From Ginglymostoma cirratum (Eukaryota), in contig JAHRHZ010000061.1 in assembly GCA_024137785.1 (NCBI GenBank), positions 5,587,050-5,651,049 of the forward strand: a DNA stretch of 64,000 nt. Reading direction: 5' to 3'. The position numbers and the translations under genes are program-made. Positions within the stretch are counted from its first letter, which is position 1. Every line of letters starts with the position of its first letter. Positions 12,612-25,813 of this stretch are shown piece after piece. Under the pieces are notes generated by a model. It was not told the origin of the DNA. It was given only the letters and a program-made list of their open reading frames with translations, and did no database searches.

Positions 12612-14190
12612 CATAAGACATTGGAGCACAAATAAGCCATTTCGCTCAACAAGTCTACTTCACATTCAATGATACCCTAGCTCATCTGATAATCCTCAAC
12701 TTCACTTTCTCGTTTTATCCCCATACCCTTTGATTCCTTTGCTGATTAAAAATCTGTCTGTCTCAGCTTTGAATACACCTAGTGGCTCAACCTTCACAGC
12801 CCTCTGCAGTAAAGAATTTCACAAGTGTTCTACCCTTTGAGAAAAACAAGTTCCTTCTTATCAGGAACAAAAGCAAGTTGCTGGAAAAGCTCAGATCTGG
12901 CAGCATCTGTGAAGGAAAAAAAACAGAGTTAACATTTCAGGCCCAGTGACCCTTTCTCAGAACTGATGGTGGCTGGGAAAACGTCAGTTTATATACAGAA
13001 AAAAGAGGAGGGGGTTGGGGTAGGGAGTAAATGATAGGATAGAGCCTAAAGAGAGAGAAGAGCAGTTGGACAGGCAAAGAGTTGATAATGATCAGGCTGG
13101 GAGGGTGAATCGTTGTTATGGGGACTATTAGTGACTAATAACAGGTAGTGTGTAATGGGAGGCTATGTGGTAACAAGGCCTGGTGTGTGGGGTAGGAGGC
13201 TGGGACATGGGAGAGTTTAGGCCCTAAAATTATTGAACTCAATATTGAGTCCGGAGGGCTGCAGGATCCCCAAGCGGAAAATGAGTTGTTGTTCTTCTAG
13301 CTTGCGTTGGGCTTCGCTAGAACACTGCAGCAAGCCAGGGACAGAGAACAGGGTGGTGCGTTAAAGTGGCAGGCAAAGGGTAGTTCAGGGTATTTTTTGC
13401 GAGCAGAACATAGATGTTCTGTGAAGCAGTCACCTAGTCTATGCTTCATTTCCCCAGTGTAGAGGAGGTCACATTGTGAGCAGCGAATTCAGTAGACCAG
13501 ATTCTGGGAAGTGCAGGTGAAATGTTGCATCACCTGGAAGGTACGTTTGGGCCCTTGGATACTGGGGAGGGAGGATGTAAATGGGCATGTGTTACACCTT
13601 TCCCGGTTACAGGAGAAGGTGCCGTAGGACTGTGGGGAGGTGTTAGGGGGTGAAGGAAGTGTGGACCAGGGTGTCCTGGAGGGAACGGTCCCTGCAGAAG
13701 GCGGACAAGGGAAGGGAGGGGAATATGTGTCTGGTGGTGGCATTTTGCTGGAGGTGGTGGAGATGGCGCCTGATGATCTTCTGGATGTGGATGCTGGTGG
13801 GACGATAGGTAAGGACAAGGGGAACCCCAACGCTGTTGCGGGAGGGAAGAGAAGGTGTGAGAGCAGAAGTGCGGGAGATGGGTTGGACCCAGTTGAGGGC
13901 CCTGTCGGCCACACAGCTGGGGAATCCTTGGTTGAGAAAGAAGGTGGACATTTCAAAGGCTCCCTTGTCGAAGTTGGCCTCACCTGAACATATGCGACGG
14001 AGACGGAGGAACTGAGAGAATGGGATGGAGTCTTTACAGGAAGTGGGGTGTGAGAATGTATAGTCCAGGTGGCTGTAGCTTTTTATCTCTATCTTAAATT
14101 GACTACACCTGACTCTGAGATTACGTCTTCTCGTCCTCCCACAAGGGGAATCAACCACATCTGATCGACCCTGTGAAGCACCCCCTAAAT
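12612..14190 (-). mobile_element. CR1 3' end (12612-12862 plus 14080-14190) split by the Penelope insertion
   Basis: cataagacattggagca...gcctctgcagtaaagaatttc continues after the insertion as tatctctatcttaaat; TSD-like ctt(c/t)ttatc. Confidence 0.7.
12863..14079 (-). mobile_element. Penelope-like element, 5'-truncated (RT thumb + GIY-YIG endonuclease + pLTR)
   Basis: SHPTSCKDSIPFSQFLRLRRICS, VPLVLTYRP, CNTCPFTSSL..FTCTSQNLVY*IRCSQCDLLYTGE..RLGDCFTEH. Confidence 0.95.
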
Positions 14191-14686
14191 GAATTGACAT
14201 GTGTTTCTGTTTGGGATAAAGGGGGCAGTTGAATTATTTCTCACAGTTAGTATTCAGACATGTGCATGTTAACATCTATGTATCATTGAATGTGACCCGA
14301 AGACATAAGTATCTAGAACCTTATCTTAAATAGGGCCACATGAAGAATAACATGCTGACGGAAACATGATTCTCTTGAAACACGATTTGTTGTTTATGAC
14401 TGAACAGCTCCTTAAAGAGTCTCAGGTTTCCTGCTTTTGAGAATGGTCACATGTCATGTTTGTATTATTCATACATGAGACCTGGTTCTTTTATTTCTTA
14501 CTGACTTTAATAAAATCAGATATTGCCTGTAAAATCAAAGTTACCCTCACTGTCATCCATAAAGACCATCAGGGACATGCAAACAAAACTTGCATATGTA
14601 GAGGGTTTTTTTTTAAAAACTCCATGACAATAATTATACATTGATGCATTGGTGCCCCATAGGTTGAACCATTTTCCAGTAATGCA

Positions 14687-15165
14687 TTAGCCATGGCTCA
14701 GTTGGTAGATCCTGTGCCCCTGAATCAAAAGGTCAGGGATTCAAATTCCAGTCCAGCTCTTGAGAATATAAAGGTAAGGCTTACACTCTGGCGTGGTATT
14801 GAGGGATCGCTGTATTCCTGGAGTGCCTTCTTCTTGGTAATACATTAAACCAAGACTACATCTGCCAGATCCAGTGGATTTCTCTGGTTTATGAATGGAC
14901 ACGTACCCATGGCATTTCTTTAAAAAGGTGCAGGTGACATTATCCCCAGAGCCCTGTACACTATTTTTTTCCTTAATTGGCATCACCAAAAGCAGATTGT
15001 CCAGCCATCACCACATTATTGTTTGTGGAACTTTGCTGAATATAAATTGGTTGCCACTTTTTCCCCATTAAAACAGTGGCCATGCTTCAAAAGATGCAAA
15101 AGACGTAAAGGGCTTCAAAACATCTAGTGGTCATGCGAAGTACAACATAAATGCAAGCCTTTCTT
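14687..15165 (+). mobile_element. DeuSINE (SacSINE1/AmnSINE1-like), degenerate
   Basis: tRNA-like head tggctcagttggtag..ggattcaaattcc; Deu core cccatggca..., cacattattgtttgtggaactttgctg; tail ataaatgcaag. Confidence 0.7.
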
Positions 15166-15220
15166 GTTTTGGGAAGTCCTCCTTTATACCAGGAGTTTAA
15201 TTTCCTGCAATTGTCCTTTT

Positions 15221-15240
15221 CTACCACGAGATGGCAGACC
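15221..15240 (+). promoter_or_regulatory. CTCF-like motif
   Basis: ctaCCACGAGATGGCAGac matches the CCAC.AG.TGGCAG core. Confidence 0.45.
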
Positions 15241-16919
15241 AATTTTGAATTGTTTAGGAGAGACATTTGGATAAGCATAATTGCACGGCCAAAGATTACA
15301 CTAATTTGAGCTCAAACATTAAATAAAAAGAACAAACTTTGAAAATTCTTTACCAGCTGTCCATATACCTGTAATTAAAAACACAGATGTACGAAGAAAA
15401 TAATAGTACCTCATATGTTTTCAAAACAAATTCAGGGAAGATATTTGATAATGTATCATATGTTTATAGAGATTACAACTATTGTCATGTGCAAGCATTG
15501 GGTAAATGTTAATTTTCGTACCCCTGGCAAATACTGTTACTGTTCTTGGATGACACTGTGCTATTGCTAGTCGTCACAAATCACTAGAATGATTCAATTT
15601 GGCCCAATCATCCATAGTAGCTCTGAAGTCCTATCAGTGAAACATCAAATTGGCTTTTAATGATCTTCTATCATATCTTTGTTTGAAGAAGCATCTTCTA
15701 TCCTAAACTTGCCCTTTTACCAGTTAAAACCTACATCTTTCTTCTCTTTTCATCATTTAATGTTGTTTTCTTGATCTGCACATCTCATACGTTTTTCCAG
15801 TTAGTTCTTTAAAACTTGGACTTTGACCAAACGGAATCAGTCTATGGAGCTTCTCTGCACTGCATCTAGTTCTGGGATATCCCTCCAGTGTCTTTGTGAT
15901 TAGAATGAGACACTAAATGATCCACTTAATGATGACTTCCTCCAATTTATTTATCATTTATTTATTCATAATTCTACTGCTAGGGCCAAATAGTTTATGA
16001 TTCTACTGACTTCTGCATAATGCTATACATGGCTAACTGCTTATAGCACTATGGTTCCTAATAGTCCGATTTCTTTTAAACTGTCTATTGAATACCTTTC
16101 ATGGCTACACATTTGAATTCTCCTTCCTTTGACTTTCTAACTTCTTCTTACATGATTACATGTTCCCACCTTTCTGTAGAGGGATGCAAATGAAAATATT
16201 ATGCATGGCTACTTTTCAAAACTACTTTAACCAGCTATGAGGTACTTTGGAACTTCCTGAGGTCATGAAAGGCACTGTATAAATACAAATTATTCATTCA
16301 TTTAGTACAAAATGATAGGTACCTCACCCGTTAATACTATCATTTAAGTATGTCATACAGAGATTTTGTTAAACAACATAATCCTGGAGCAATATAACAC
16401 GTCAGTTTAACTTTCATCCAATACATCTTGCAATAAATGTCAACAGGGCTCTGGGAGTTATTTTTATCTCCATCCACCTGAAGGCATCAAAGTTGGATTG
16501 GTAACACCTTTCAAACCCAACTCAATTTTACTTGTTATTAAGTTTAACACATTTAGTGAAAATTATCTTTAGGTTCCCAGTGCTACAAAGACAATTTATT
16601 CCCATGGACTGAACAGGGTGATGTTGGTTGAATTATGAAACCCTCCCAGAGATAAATTTGGTAGGAATAGGTTGAGTGAATTACACTTTTTGTCTTATGA
16701 AATGAATTGCTTGTATGTCCTGCTATACCTAACTGTGTTGGAAATCTACATTAGCAAGGATGTTAATTTTAAATCTGAGATAAATACAGTCTTGTTAAGC
16801 AACGGTATTAAGGGATGTGGGACAAAGGCCATAGAGCAGCCATGATCTTATTGAATGGCAGTACAGGCTCAAGGGGCTGAATGGCTTGTTTCAATGTTCC
16901 AATGTTCCTATGTCCTGTG

Positions 16920-17251
16920 TTATAGAATCCCCTACAGCGTGGAAACAGGCCCTTCAGCCCAACAAGTCCACACCGACCATTGGAGCATCCCACCCAGACC
17001 CAACCCCCTATGACCCACATAAGCTATACATCCCTGAACACTATGGGCAATTTAGCATGGCCAATCCACCTAACCTGCACATCTTTGGACTGTGGGAGGA
17101 AACTGGAGCACACCCACACACAGACACAGGCACGGGGAGAATATGCAAACTCCACACAGACAGACAGACAGACACTTGAGGCTGGAATTGAACCTGGGTC
17201 CCTGGTCCTGTGAGGCAGCAGTGCTAACCACTGAGCCACCATGGCTGTCCC
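16920..17251 (-). mobile_element. HE1 V-SINE
   Basis: Reverse complement of the HE1 head, V-domain and tail. Confidence 0.9.
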
Positions 17252-17460
17252 TATGAAAACACACATACCTACACCTGTCCATAAAATCTTTTCAAAATCT
17301 GTGTAGAACTTGAAACTAGAAGCGTGCAGATTGACTAATTTTAATTTTGTATTTTTGAAAAACTTTCGTGAGACCATGACTACTGAAAAAATGTGCAACC
17401 TAAAGAGGGGAACCCTCCAAGCATTCAATTAATAATCAAAGTAAAAATGTTTTCAATACA

Positions 17461-17480
17461 ATGGCCACTAGATGGAAGCA
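17461..17480 (+). promoter_or_regulatory. CTCF-like motif with upstream module
   Basis: tggCCACTAGATGGAAGca, preceded at 5 bp by ttcaatac (similar to the TGCAATAC upstream motif). Confidence 0.45.
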
Positions 17481-18449
17481 TTATACAGATATTAGATTTG
17501 TTTGTGACCCTGTACATTTAAACCCAACATCGCATTCTCATCAATTAATTCAATAATGGTAGCCCGCTTTACATGGGTATCTGCTACAAATGATGATTGT
17601 GAAAAAGGAAGGTGATTATATCTGAATGGAAGTGATCCATTATTTCCCTCTGCGTATATTCCTATGAATACTGTTAGGGCTAGAGTGTGTTTCAAGGCAA
17701 TTGTTAATGCACTGCTTTCCCGCGATAAAATTCTACTTGTGGACAAGTTACCATGTTGTCTAAGAATATGGTCCTTCCTCCTGTTAGTCTTAGGGCACAT
17801 GTATGGTGAGAGGACCCATAATTAGGCTGTGTTCCCGATCAGTAAACCATGCTTGGGCTGTTTTAGCAAATGTCACGCAGAAGTTCAGACTGCTGTTAAT
17901 GATCCAATGTTGCCAAACAGACTGTGTGACATGCCAGAAGGACTGAACTCTTGTCACACGTATGAATCAGACTGACCAATAGTAATTAAAATTGTGCTAC
18001 AAAGACAATTTATTCCCATGGACTGAACAGGGTGATGTTGGTTGAATTATGAAACCCTCCCAGAGATAAATTTGGTAGGAATAGGTTGAGTGAATTACAC
18101 TTTTTGTCTTATGAAATGAATTGCTTGTATTTCCTGCTACATCTAACTGCTTTGGAAATCTACATTAACAAGGATGTTAATTTAAAATCAGAGACAAATA
18201 CAGTTTTGTTAAGCAAAAGTATTAAGGGATGTGGGACAAAGGCCATAGAGCAGCCATGATCTCATTGAATGGCAGTACAGACTCAAGGGGCTGTAGGCTT
18301 CAATCCTTGGTTTTGAGACATTGGTTCATTTTTTTTTCCTTTTACGTATAGCATTTGTAGTGACTTCAATAGAAATAATATTGAGAGATATAAAATGGGT
18401 GGTCGATTTACTACCACCCCTTTTACTCTATCACACAATGTTAAACTTT

Positions 18450-19160
18450 TTTTTATTCATTCTTGAGGTGCGAGTGTTGTTGTCTGGTCCAACATTTATT
18501 GCCCGTCCCAAAATGCCCTTGCAAATGTGGCGATGAGCTGCCACCTTGAATTGTGGCAATCCACATGCGGAATGCCATTAGGGAGGTGATTCCAGGATTT
18601 TGACCCAGTGACAGTGAAGGAACCATTGTTTATTTCCAAGTCAGGATGGTGAGTGGCTTGGAGGGGAACTTGCAGGCGAAGATGTTCCCACGTATCTGCT
18701 CCCTTTGTCCTTCTAGATGGAATTGACCATGGGTTTGCTGGCACACACATCACAATGATCGGTGTGGAATTTGAAGATATAATTTAGCAGTACCAGTCCC
18801 AATGAGGCAAACATGCTGGTAACCCAGAAGACTTCCAGGGAAACAGCCACTGCTAATTGTTGATGGCAAACCTCCAAAAAAACCTGTCCATCTACCCTCC
18901 CACCTATCCGCCCCTCCCACCTCACTGACCAATCCCCACCACTCCTGTGCTCACCTATCACCATCCCACCTACCTTCCCCAGCCCCACCCCTCCTCTCCC
19001 TCTGAGCTCCCTTCCGCCTCTCCATTTCTGAAGAAGGGTCCTGACCCAAAACGTCAACTTTCCTGCTCCTCTAATGCTGCCTGGCCTGCTGTGTTCCTCC
19101 AGCTCCACAATGTGTTATCTCCAAAAAAAATCCATGGCAATTTTCAACATCTCACTACTT
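18450..19160 (-). mobile_element. CR1/Zenon-like LINE 3' fragment containing a Penelope pLTR insertion
   Basis: ADTWEHLRLQVPLQATHHPDLE (ORF 18496-18753) matches the 46210-46503 region. Confidence 0.8.
18883..19118 (+). mobile_element. Penelope 3' end / pLTR with decayed hammerhead core (19028-19055)
   Basis: C-rich tract then CTGAAGA-A-GGGTC-ct-GACCC-aAAAC-GTC; TSD ctccaaaaaaa at 18872-18882 and 19119-19129. Confidence 0.8.
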
Positions 19161-19249
19161 CGAAGAATGACACAGAAAACATTTCAGATCTCATTAAGTG
19201 CCCTGTTGGAACAGAAAGAGGTCAGCAGAACGAAAGCAGATTCAGACAT

Positions 19250-20630
19250 TGATGTTTACAGCAAAGGAGGAGGACATTCAGTCCAATTTGTCCATGCCAG
19301 TGAACTAAAGTCTGACTTCAGTAATTCCTTGGCACTAGAGGCTATGGTAATGCAAGGGAATATCTAAATGCTGCTCAATTGTTACAAGCGTTTCAGACTC
19401 AATTACCATTTCAGGCAACGAGTTCCAGACATTCACCATCCTCTGGGTGAAAAATCAATTCTCCTCAACATTCCTCTTGGCCTTCTGCCTCTTACATTAA
19501 ATCTCTTCCCCCTAATTGTTGACCCTTCTTCTAGTCAATAAAGTGCCTTCCTATCCATCCTATCCATAACTGTTCTCATTGTTTAGACCTCTGTCAGATC
19601 CCCTCCCAATCTTCACTGCTACAAGGAAAACAATGCCAGTCAGTCCAAATTTTCCTCAAAGCTCAGACCCTCCAACCTGTTAAATGTTCTCTGAACCTTC
19701 TCAAATGCAATCACATCCTGCCTATAATGTGGTGAGCAGAAAGTATGCAGTACTCCAGTTGTGGCCTAATCAGCATTTTATAAAATTCCACTATGACATC
19801 CTTGCTCTTATATTGTATGTCTCAGCTAATTAAGGCAAATATCCTTTTAACCACCTTCTCTATGTGCTTGTGGTCTTTCACAATCTGTGGATATACATCA
19901 AGTACCTTAATCTTCTTTACTTCCAGGGACCTACCATTTCATAGTGTAACTCCTTGCAGCGTTCATCCTCCCCAGTTGCACAAGTTCACATTTTTCCAGG
20001 TTGAATCCCATTTGCGACTTCTCTGCATAGCTGTCCAGTCCATCGACATTCTCCTGCAGTTCACAGCTATCTTCTTTGCTGTTTACCAGCCTGCAAATTT
20101 TCATGTCACCCGCAAACTTCTTGATCATACCCCTTACATTTAAGTCCAAATCAATAGCGCACATAACAAGCAGCAAGGACATGAGCACTGAACCCTGCAG
20201 ATTCCTACTGGACTTCCAAATCACAGAAACATCCGTCTACTATCACCCCCTACTTCCAGCATCTCAGGCAATTATGGATCCAATGTGCCACTTTGCCTTG
20301 GCTCTTATTTTCTTGACCCTTCTGCGTAAGACACCTTAACAAAAACCTTGGTGAAGTCCATGCAGACCACATCAACTGCATTATGCTCATTAACACTCAT
20401 GGTTATCTCCTCAAAAACACATTAATCAAATTTGTCAAATACAATCTTCCTTTAACAAATCTATGCTGAATATCTCTCTTTAATTCTTCTCTCTCCAAGT
20501 GCAGATGTTCTGTCTCTCAGAAGCCTTTTTAATAACTTCACCACCACTGAGGTTAGACTGTCTGATTTGTAATTTCCTGGTCTATCCCTTCGTCCCGTTT
20601 TTTGAATAATGGAACAATACTAGCAGACGT
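19250..20630 (-). mobile_element. CR1 LINE fragment (RT)
   Basis: LQGSVL..IKKFAGDMKICRLVNSKEDSCELQE..MGFNLEKCE. Confidence 0.85.
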
Positions 20631-23600
20631 CCAGCTGATTGCATTGTATGACCATGGCTTGTGGGAGTAGTCCTGAGTCCCAGTTCAGCTAATGAGTGAA
20701 CAAAGATTTTGTGGGTCAAGCCATAAATTCCCCAGTATGAAGAGGAAACTTTTAAAGGCGCAGTTATCCAGACTGAAAGAGCAAGAATTTAAAAATAAGT
20801 TGCAGCTAAATCGGTCATCACCAACAAAATGTACAAATACCATGAGGCTCAGTTAGAGAAAAATGGAACTAACAGGGCCAAGTGAGAAACTCAGATAATC
20901 TCGGAGCGGAGAGCTTGGAAAATTGCAACCCCAGTCATGTAAAGCAGATAAAGAAGTCAATGATTCTTGCCTAACACAGAAGTTTTTGGAGATTCCATAA
21001 GCCACACATTACATGCTGGGAACACCTTCCGGGAGAATAGTGAAACTTCTGATTGCATGAATTTGTAAAGTCAAATACTTTGGAAGAAAAAGCATTATGA
21101 CAAAATGAGATGATATAAATAAAAGTATAACAATAATTATCAGAAAAGTGTTTGATATGATGCTTTAAATGAGTCTGAAAGGGGCGATACTTGGTTAAGC
21201 GTAATAAGCATCACCCACTCTGATGATGTCATGGGGAATCGGTGGGAGCGAAAAGTAGGATCTCATAGATGACAAACCTAAGGTTAGGTCCTTCCAATAG
21301 TCTTAGTAGTCACCTAGAGCCTACCTAGGGTAGTTGCCGAGATGCAATAATTGACATCCTATTTACTTGAGAAGACCCTTCTCATTTAACCAGAAGTGGC
21401 TACCCTCTCTAACACACTCTAGGTCGCAGAAGTCCCTAAAATACCCATATAATGAGAACATATATATGGTGACACACACAACAGAAGATACCTCAGTGTG
21501 TTTCTGCAGTGCATCTTATAAACTGTTCAAACTACTGCCATTGTGTGTCAGTAGTGGAGGGGGTGAGTGTACAAGGTGATAGATGTGGTTTCAACAAGTG
21601 AGCTGCTTCTCAAGTGTTTTTGGAGCTGTGCTAATTGAGGTATGTGGAGAGTATTCCACTATATTCCTGAGAGGTACATTGTAGCTGATGGACAGACCCA
21701 AAAAGTGTGTTGTTGGGACTGAATTTCCAGTTTCTGACTTGCTCTTGTAGTCATAATACCTCCTCAGATACTCTCATGGTCCTGCATTTACTTTCATCTA
21801 CTTTTGTAAACACAGAAGAAAATATTATGGAGCTTTCTGTTTCTCATTATTTTGCTCTGAACAGGGAATGCTTATGGTATTAGGCTACCAGAATTCTAAC
21901 TTTTTTTCTGTTGCAAATTATGGGCAAATGATATCACACGACATCATGTAATTTAATTCTTCATGCGCTATCATTCAAATTGAAACAATGTAAGAGACAT
22001 CACATGGGTTTAGGGAATAGACATTGAGGTAATCCAATTAACTGAGCAGAGAGCATTTTAATGTGTTGAACAAGAAACAGCTGAAAAAAACATTCAATAA
22101 TCACAAGTAATAAAAGTTCCTTGTTTACTACTTAAGTCCAACTTTAAAAACAAATTCAGAAGGTGCACAACACCAGGTTATAGTCCAACAGGTTTAGTCT
22201 GGTCTGGTCTGGTGAAGTACAAAGATATAATGATTTAATAATTGTGAGGATAAAAAGACTTTATGCTCAGATGAGTTAATACTTGATTGAGTGTGATTAA
22301 CACCACCCAATGTAATGATGTAATGGTGACTTGGTTCGAGTAAAGGAAGGAGCTGGTAAGAGACAGTCTTGGGCTAGTGTGCTCCTAACAGTTTCCGTGA
22401 TAGTGCAATTAAGTCATAGTCAGGTTATGTAATCTGTGCATTGTTATAATACAAACTTCATGCTACTTACTAAACAAGGCATTTCTAGTTGGACAGGAAA
22501 AGTTGCGATCCTAATCCAGATTAGACGACTTCAGGTTTAAAGGAATCCACACCTGACAGTAATGACCTGCCTGAAGAAGCACAGTGTCTTCCTACATTGC
22601 TGTTCATTGGCTTTGGGGAAGTGTATTTTGATCTACAATTGGCTGTCTCACAAATACATACCTGAATACACAGTTGCTAGGTATTGTTTGTTGGAGCTTG
22701 CCATCTCACAATCTGATTGCTCTCCCCACAGCTACATATAGTCCAAGGCTCTACTGACCTATAACCTTTTACCCTGACCCCTCATCTGTCCACTGAAGTT
22801 GCTGCTCATTCTCCTCATTGTCTTTTTAAAATCAGAAAATGGAAGCTAGGATGATTGCCTCAATAAAGAATGCCTGCCAAAAGGTTTATAAAGCAATTAA
22901 AGCATAGAGATCATGTCTGGAAACTGGAAACCTTCCTGGAAATCCACACAGCAAATAATCCAGTGATCTGCAGCTGAGAGGTCCCAAAAGACTTGAGCTT
23001 CCAACTTGGTAAGCTCATGTTGGTGGATCTGAGACTGGAGGGGACAAGACAAAGTTAAAATACAGAGGAGGTATCGGAGAAAAACGATGATAAGCATGAC
23101 TCTGACCCTTAAATTTGACCTCTGATTGTGGTGGGGTTGACGCATGGCCTACAGCTACAAGCACATCAGTTAAAATGATGAAGGAATGTGCAGGACTATC
23201 AAAGAGGCTGCTTAAACTCTGCACTGATCATGCTGGGGGAGACAGCCTCTAAATATGTGGCCGAAGAAAGCTTCAAGCTCAAGGGGTTTTGATCAGTGCA
23301 GCCCTAGACTATCTGTACCCATGCAAAGAGCAACAATATTGTGTATCTATATCCTTCCAAAGACAAATAATACATACTGGAGCAGTTAGACAACAAAGCT
23401 GAGGAGGAAACACAGAAATTCACAGTACACAGGTAAGGTTAAGGAATCGATATTGGTAGCCCAAGACCAGGGACACACAGGATGGAGGCTACAGCACTCT
23501 TCCTAGCCCTGCTGCAGCATGTAACTAATTAGACCATTCTAGGATTCTTTACAATGGAGAGTCACATCTGAGTAGGATGATGTGCCTCGAAAACAAACTT

Positions 23601-23842
23601 TATAATGTTAGGAGTGCAGTGAAGATCCTGGTAATCTTGAAGCAGCTTCCTGGTCTGGAAAGTTTAAAAGGATATAAAGTCGACAACTACTGGAAAAGTT
23701 TCATCTGTTTTCAGGAAGACACATTCATGGACCATGTCTTCTTTCCATTCTTTTTGTGATGATGCCTGACTACAGAACCCATCTATTTTTGATGTCATTT
23801 TATTTGCACTGTTCAATGCAGTCCCTCTCTGCTTTGATATGT

Positions 23843-24054
23843 AATAAGACAATGAACTGCAGATACCAGAGATCTGAAACAAAAACAGAAACTGCTGAAG
23901 AAATTCAGCAAGTCTGGCAGCATCTGTGGGGAGAAAGCAGAGTTAACATTTCGAGTCCAGAGACTGATGAAGAGTCGTTGGACTCAAAACATTAACTCTG
24001 CTTTCTTTCTACAGATGCTGCCAGACCTGCTGAGTTTCTCAAGCAGTTTCTGTT
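23843..24054. mobile_element. Penelope pLTR-derived fold-back element with 15-bp TSD
   Basis: Arms ~23878-23958 and ~23980-24054 are inverted; TSD tctgctttgatatgt at 23828-23842 and 24055-24069; hammerhead-like CTGATGA-A-GAGTC-gttg-GACTC-aAAAC-aTT at 23964-23993. Confidence 0.8.
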
Positions 24055-25813
24055 TCTGCTTTGATATGTGCTGTAGTGTATGGAGCCAAACAATGTTGCT
24101 GTGATTCAATGAAATATTTTCCATTTAATGGCATGGAAATGGACTGTTTTATCTGGTAAAAGTTATCCATTAAAATGTGAAGTATCTGTTCGTATCATCT
24201 GACATTGTGAAAAACATTATTTGAATCCTGGTTTTAAGATTGAAAACAATAAGTCTTTTTTAAAAAAATACACTTGATTGCCTTGCCATAAGTAGTGGCT
24301 TTTTACTGTCTACTGTTTCATTACTTCCCTGATTAGATTGTTCGTGACTCTACAGTGAATCATTTGTGGTAGTACAGCAAGTAATTGCTTGGTCAATTGT
24401 ATGATAGCCTTTGCTTGTAACTGCTGAGTACTCAGCTATTATGGGTTATTTTGCTGGTTCTACACAGCAACTTAATGAAAAACAAAACTTTATTTGCTTC
24501 ATCTTTGTAACCTGTGCCAAACATTTTCTGCCAATGTTAACAAAATAAAGACAACATGCTGCAGACCAAATAGAAATTCCCCACAAAAGAAATGCTTTAA
24601 TGGAATCAATGGAAGTTGAAAAGGTCAAGCTACTCTCTGCCAATATGAAAGTGATTAAGTTCAGAGGGGCTGGAATGTTAAGAAGTTTGTACTGTAGCAG
24701 ACACAAGGAATGTACTCCTGCGAACAATGTGCTAATACTCAAATCCTCCTACAGAGGCTTTGTTGCAATGTATATTTGCTAGTCTATTTAAAGTTCTCCA
24801 ATTGTTGACTAAGTTGTTTCCCTAATTCAGGGACTACTGAAAGTATTAAGCATTTTTATTTTCTAGCTCGAAATGTATTACTTATTCTTTGTATGAGTTG
24901 CCCCCGGTCTTTCACATAACAAACAGTTTGTTCAGGTGTCAGCCTTGAGAATGATTTCATTGATATTTAACCACAGAAGACATCACAGCTAAGCCTGATC
25001 CTATCCTCAGACAATGTGCATGCACACCAAAAAAACACACACACACACACACACACAGAGGCAAACACTTTCAACAGTGGTCATTGAATAGAAGTGGAAA
25101 TTCTGGCTGTTCTATTTCAACTGTAGTGCCTGTTCAGTTACATCTTTTATGATTAGTTCATTTTTATGTCATTCTTTAGATTTGTCATCACTAATGAAGT
25201 TGGCATTTATTGTCCATCCCTTAATAAAAGGTTAAGACCAGTGTTGATAGTCATGAAACTACCAGATAGTTGGGAAGATCGCTCCAGTTCACCAATGTCT
25301 TTTAGAGAAGGAAGTCTACTGTCTTTATCTGGTCCCATCCATAAGTAACTGTAGAACCCCAGCAGCATGGTTGGCTCTTAGTGAATGGCCTGGCAGACCT
25401 GTCCATTGTATTCAAGAAGATGACTTATTAGCACCTTTTCAAGGTAATTAGGGATTTGTAACTGTTTCTGCCTTAGCCAGCAATGCTGACACCCAAGCAG
25501 GAGATCATTTTAAAAAAGTAAAAAATTGGGTCTTTTCCTTGAAAAGCTGCTCAGTGTAGCTGTGTCCCTACAATGCTGTTAGCAAAGATGCTCTAGGACT
25601 TTTGCCCAGTGATGATGAAAGAAACAGCAATATATTTCCATATTGGTGTGAGCTTGAGTATGATGGTATTCCATTCACTTATTGTCCTTGCCCTTCTAGG
25701 TATAGTGAGGTAAAGGTATAGTTTCAAGAGGTACTCTTAAAGGAACTTTGGCAAGTTGCTGAAGTGTGATTTGTCGATGGTATAAATTGCTACTACAGTT
25801 AGCAGGGGTACAT

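Larger units (their letters stand above)
16580..18293 (+). repeat. ~300-bp near-identical direct repeat (16580-16880 and 17994-18293)
   Basis: gtgctacaaagacaatttattcccatggactgaacagggtg...ctcaaggggctg occurs twice, 1414 bp apart. Confidence 0.95.

Noticed and set aside
13640-13987. 115-aa Gly-rich + strand ORF
   Set aside because: Antisense shadow of the Penelope ORF.
16580-18293. LTR pair / TRIM interpretation of the direct repeat
   Set aside because: No TG...CA termini, TSD, PBS or polypurine tract, and the unit includes a CR1 tail.
21170-21420. CpG-containing patch resembling a DNA-transposon MITE (similar patches ~8600-9000, ~47700-48130)
   Set aside because: Could not define TIRs or TSDs.
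22860-23480. Possible L1-like coding remnant (ETFLEIH.., YLYPSK..)
   Set aside because: Similarity is too weak and motif order inconsistent to call by eye.
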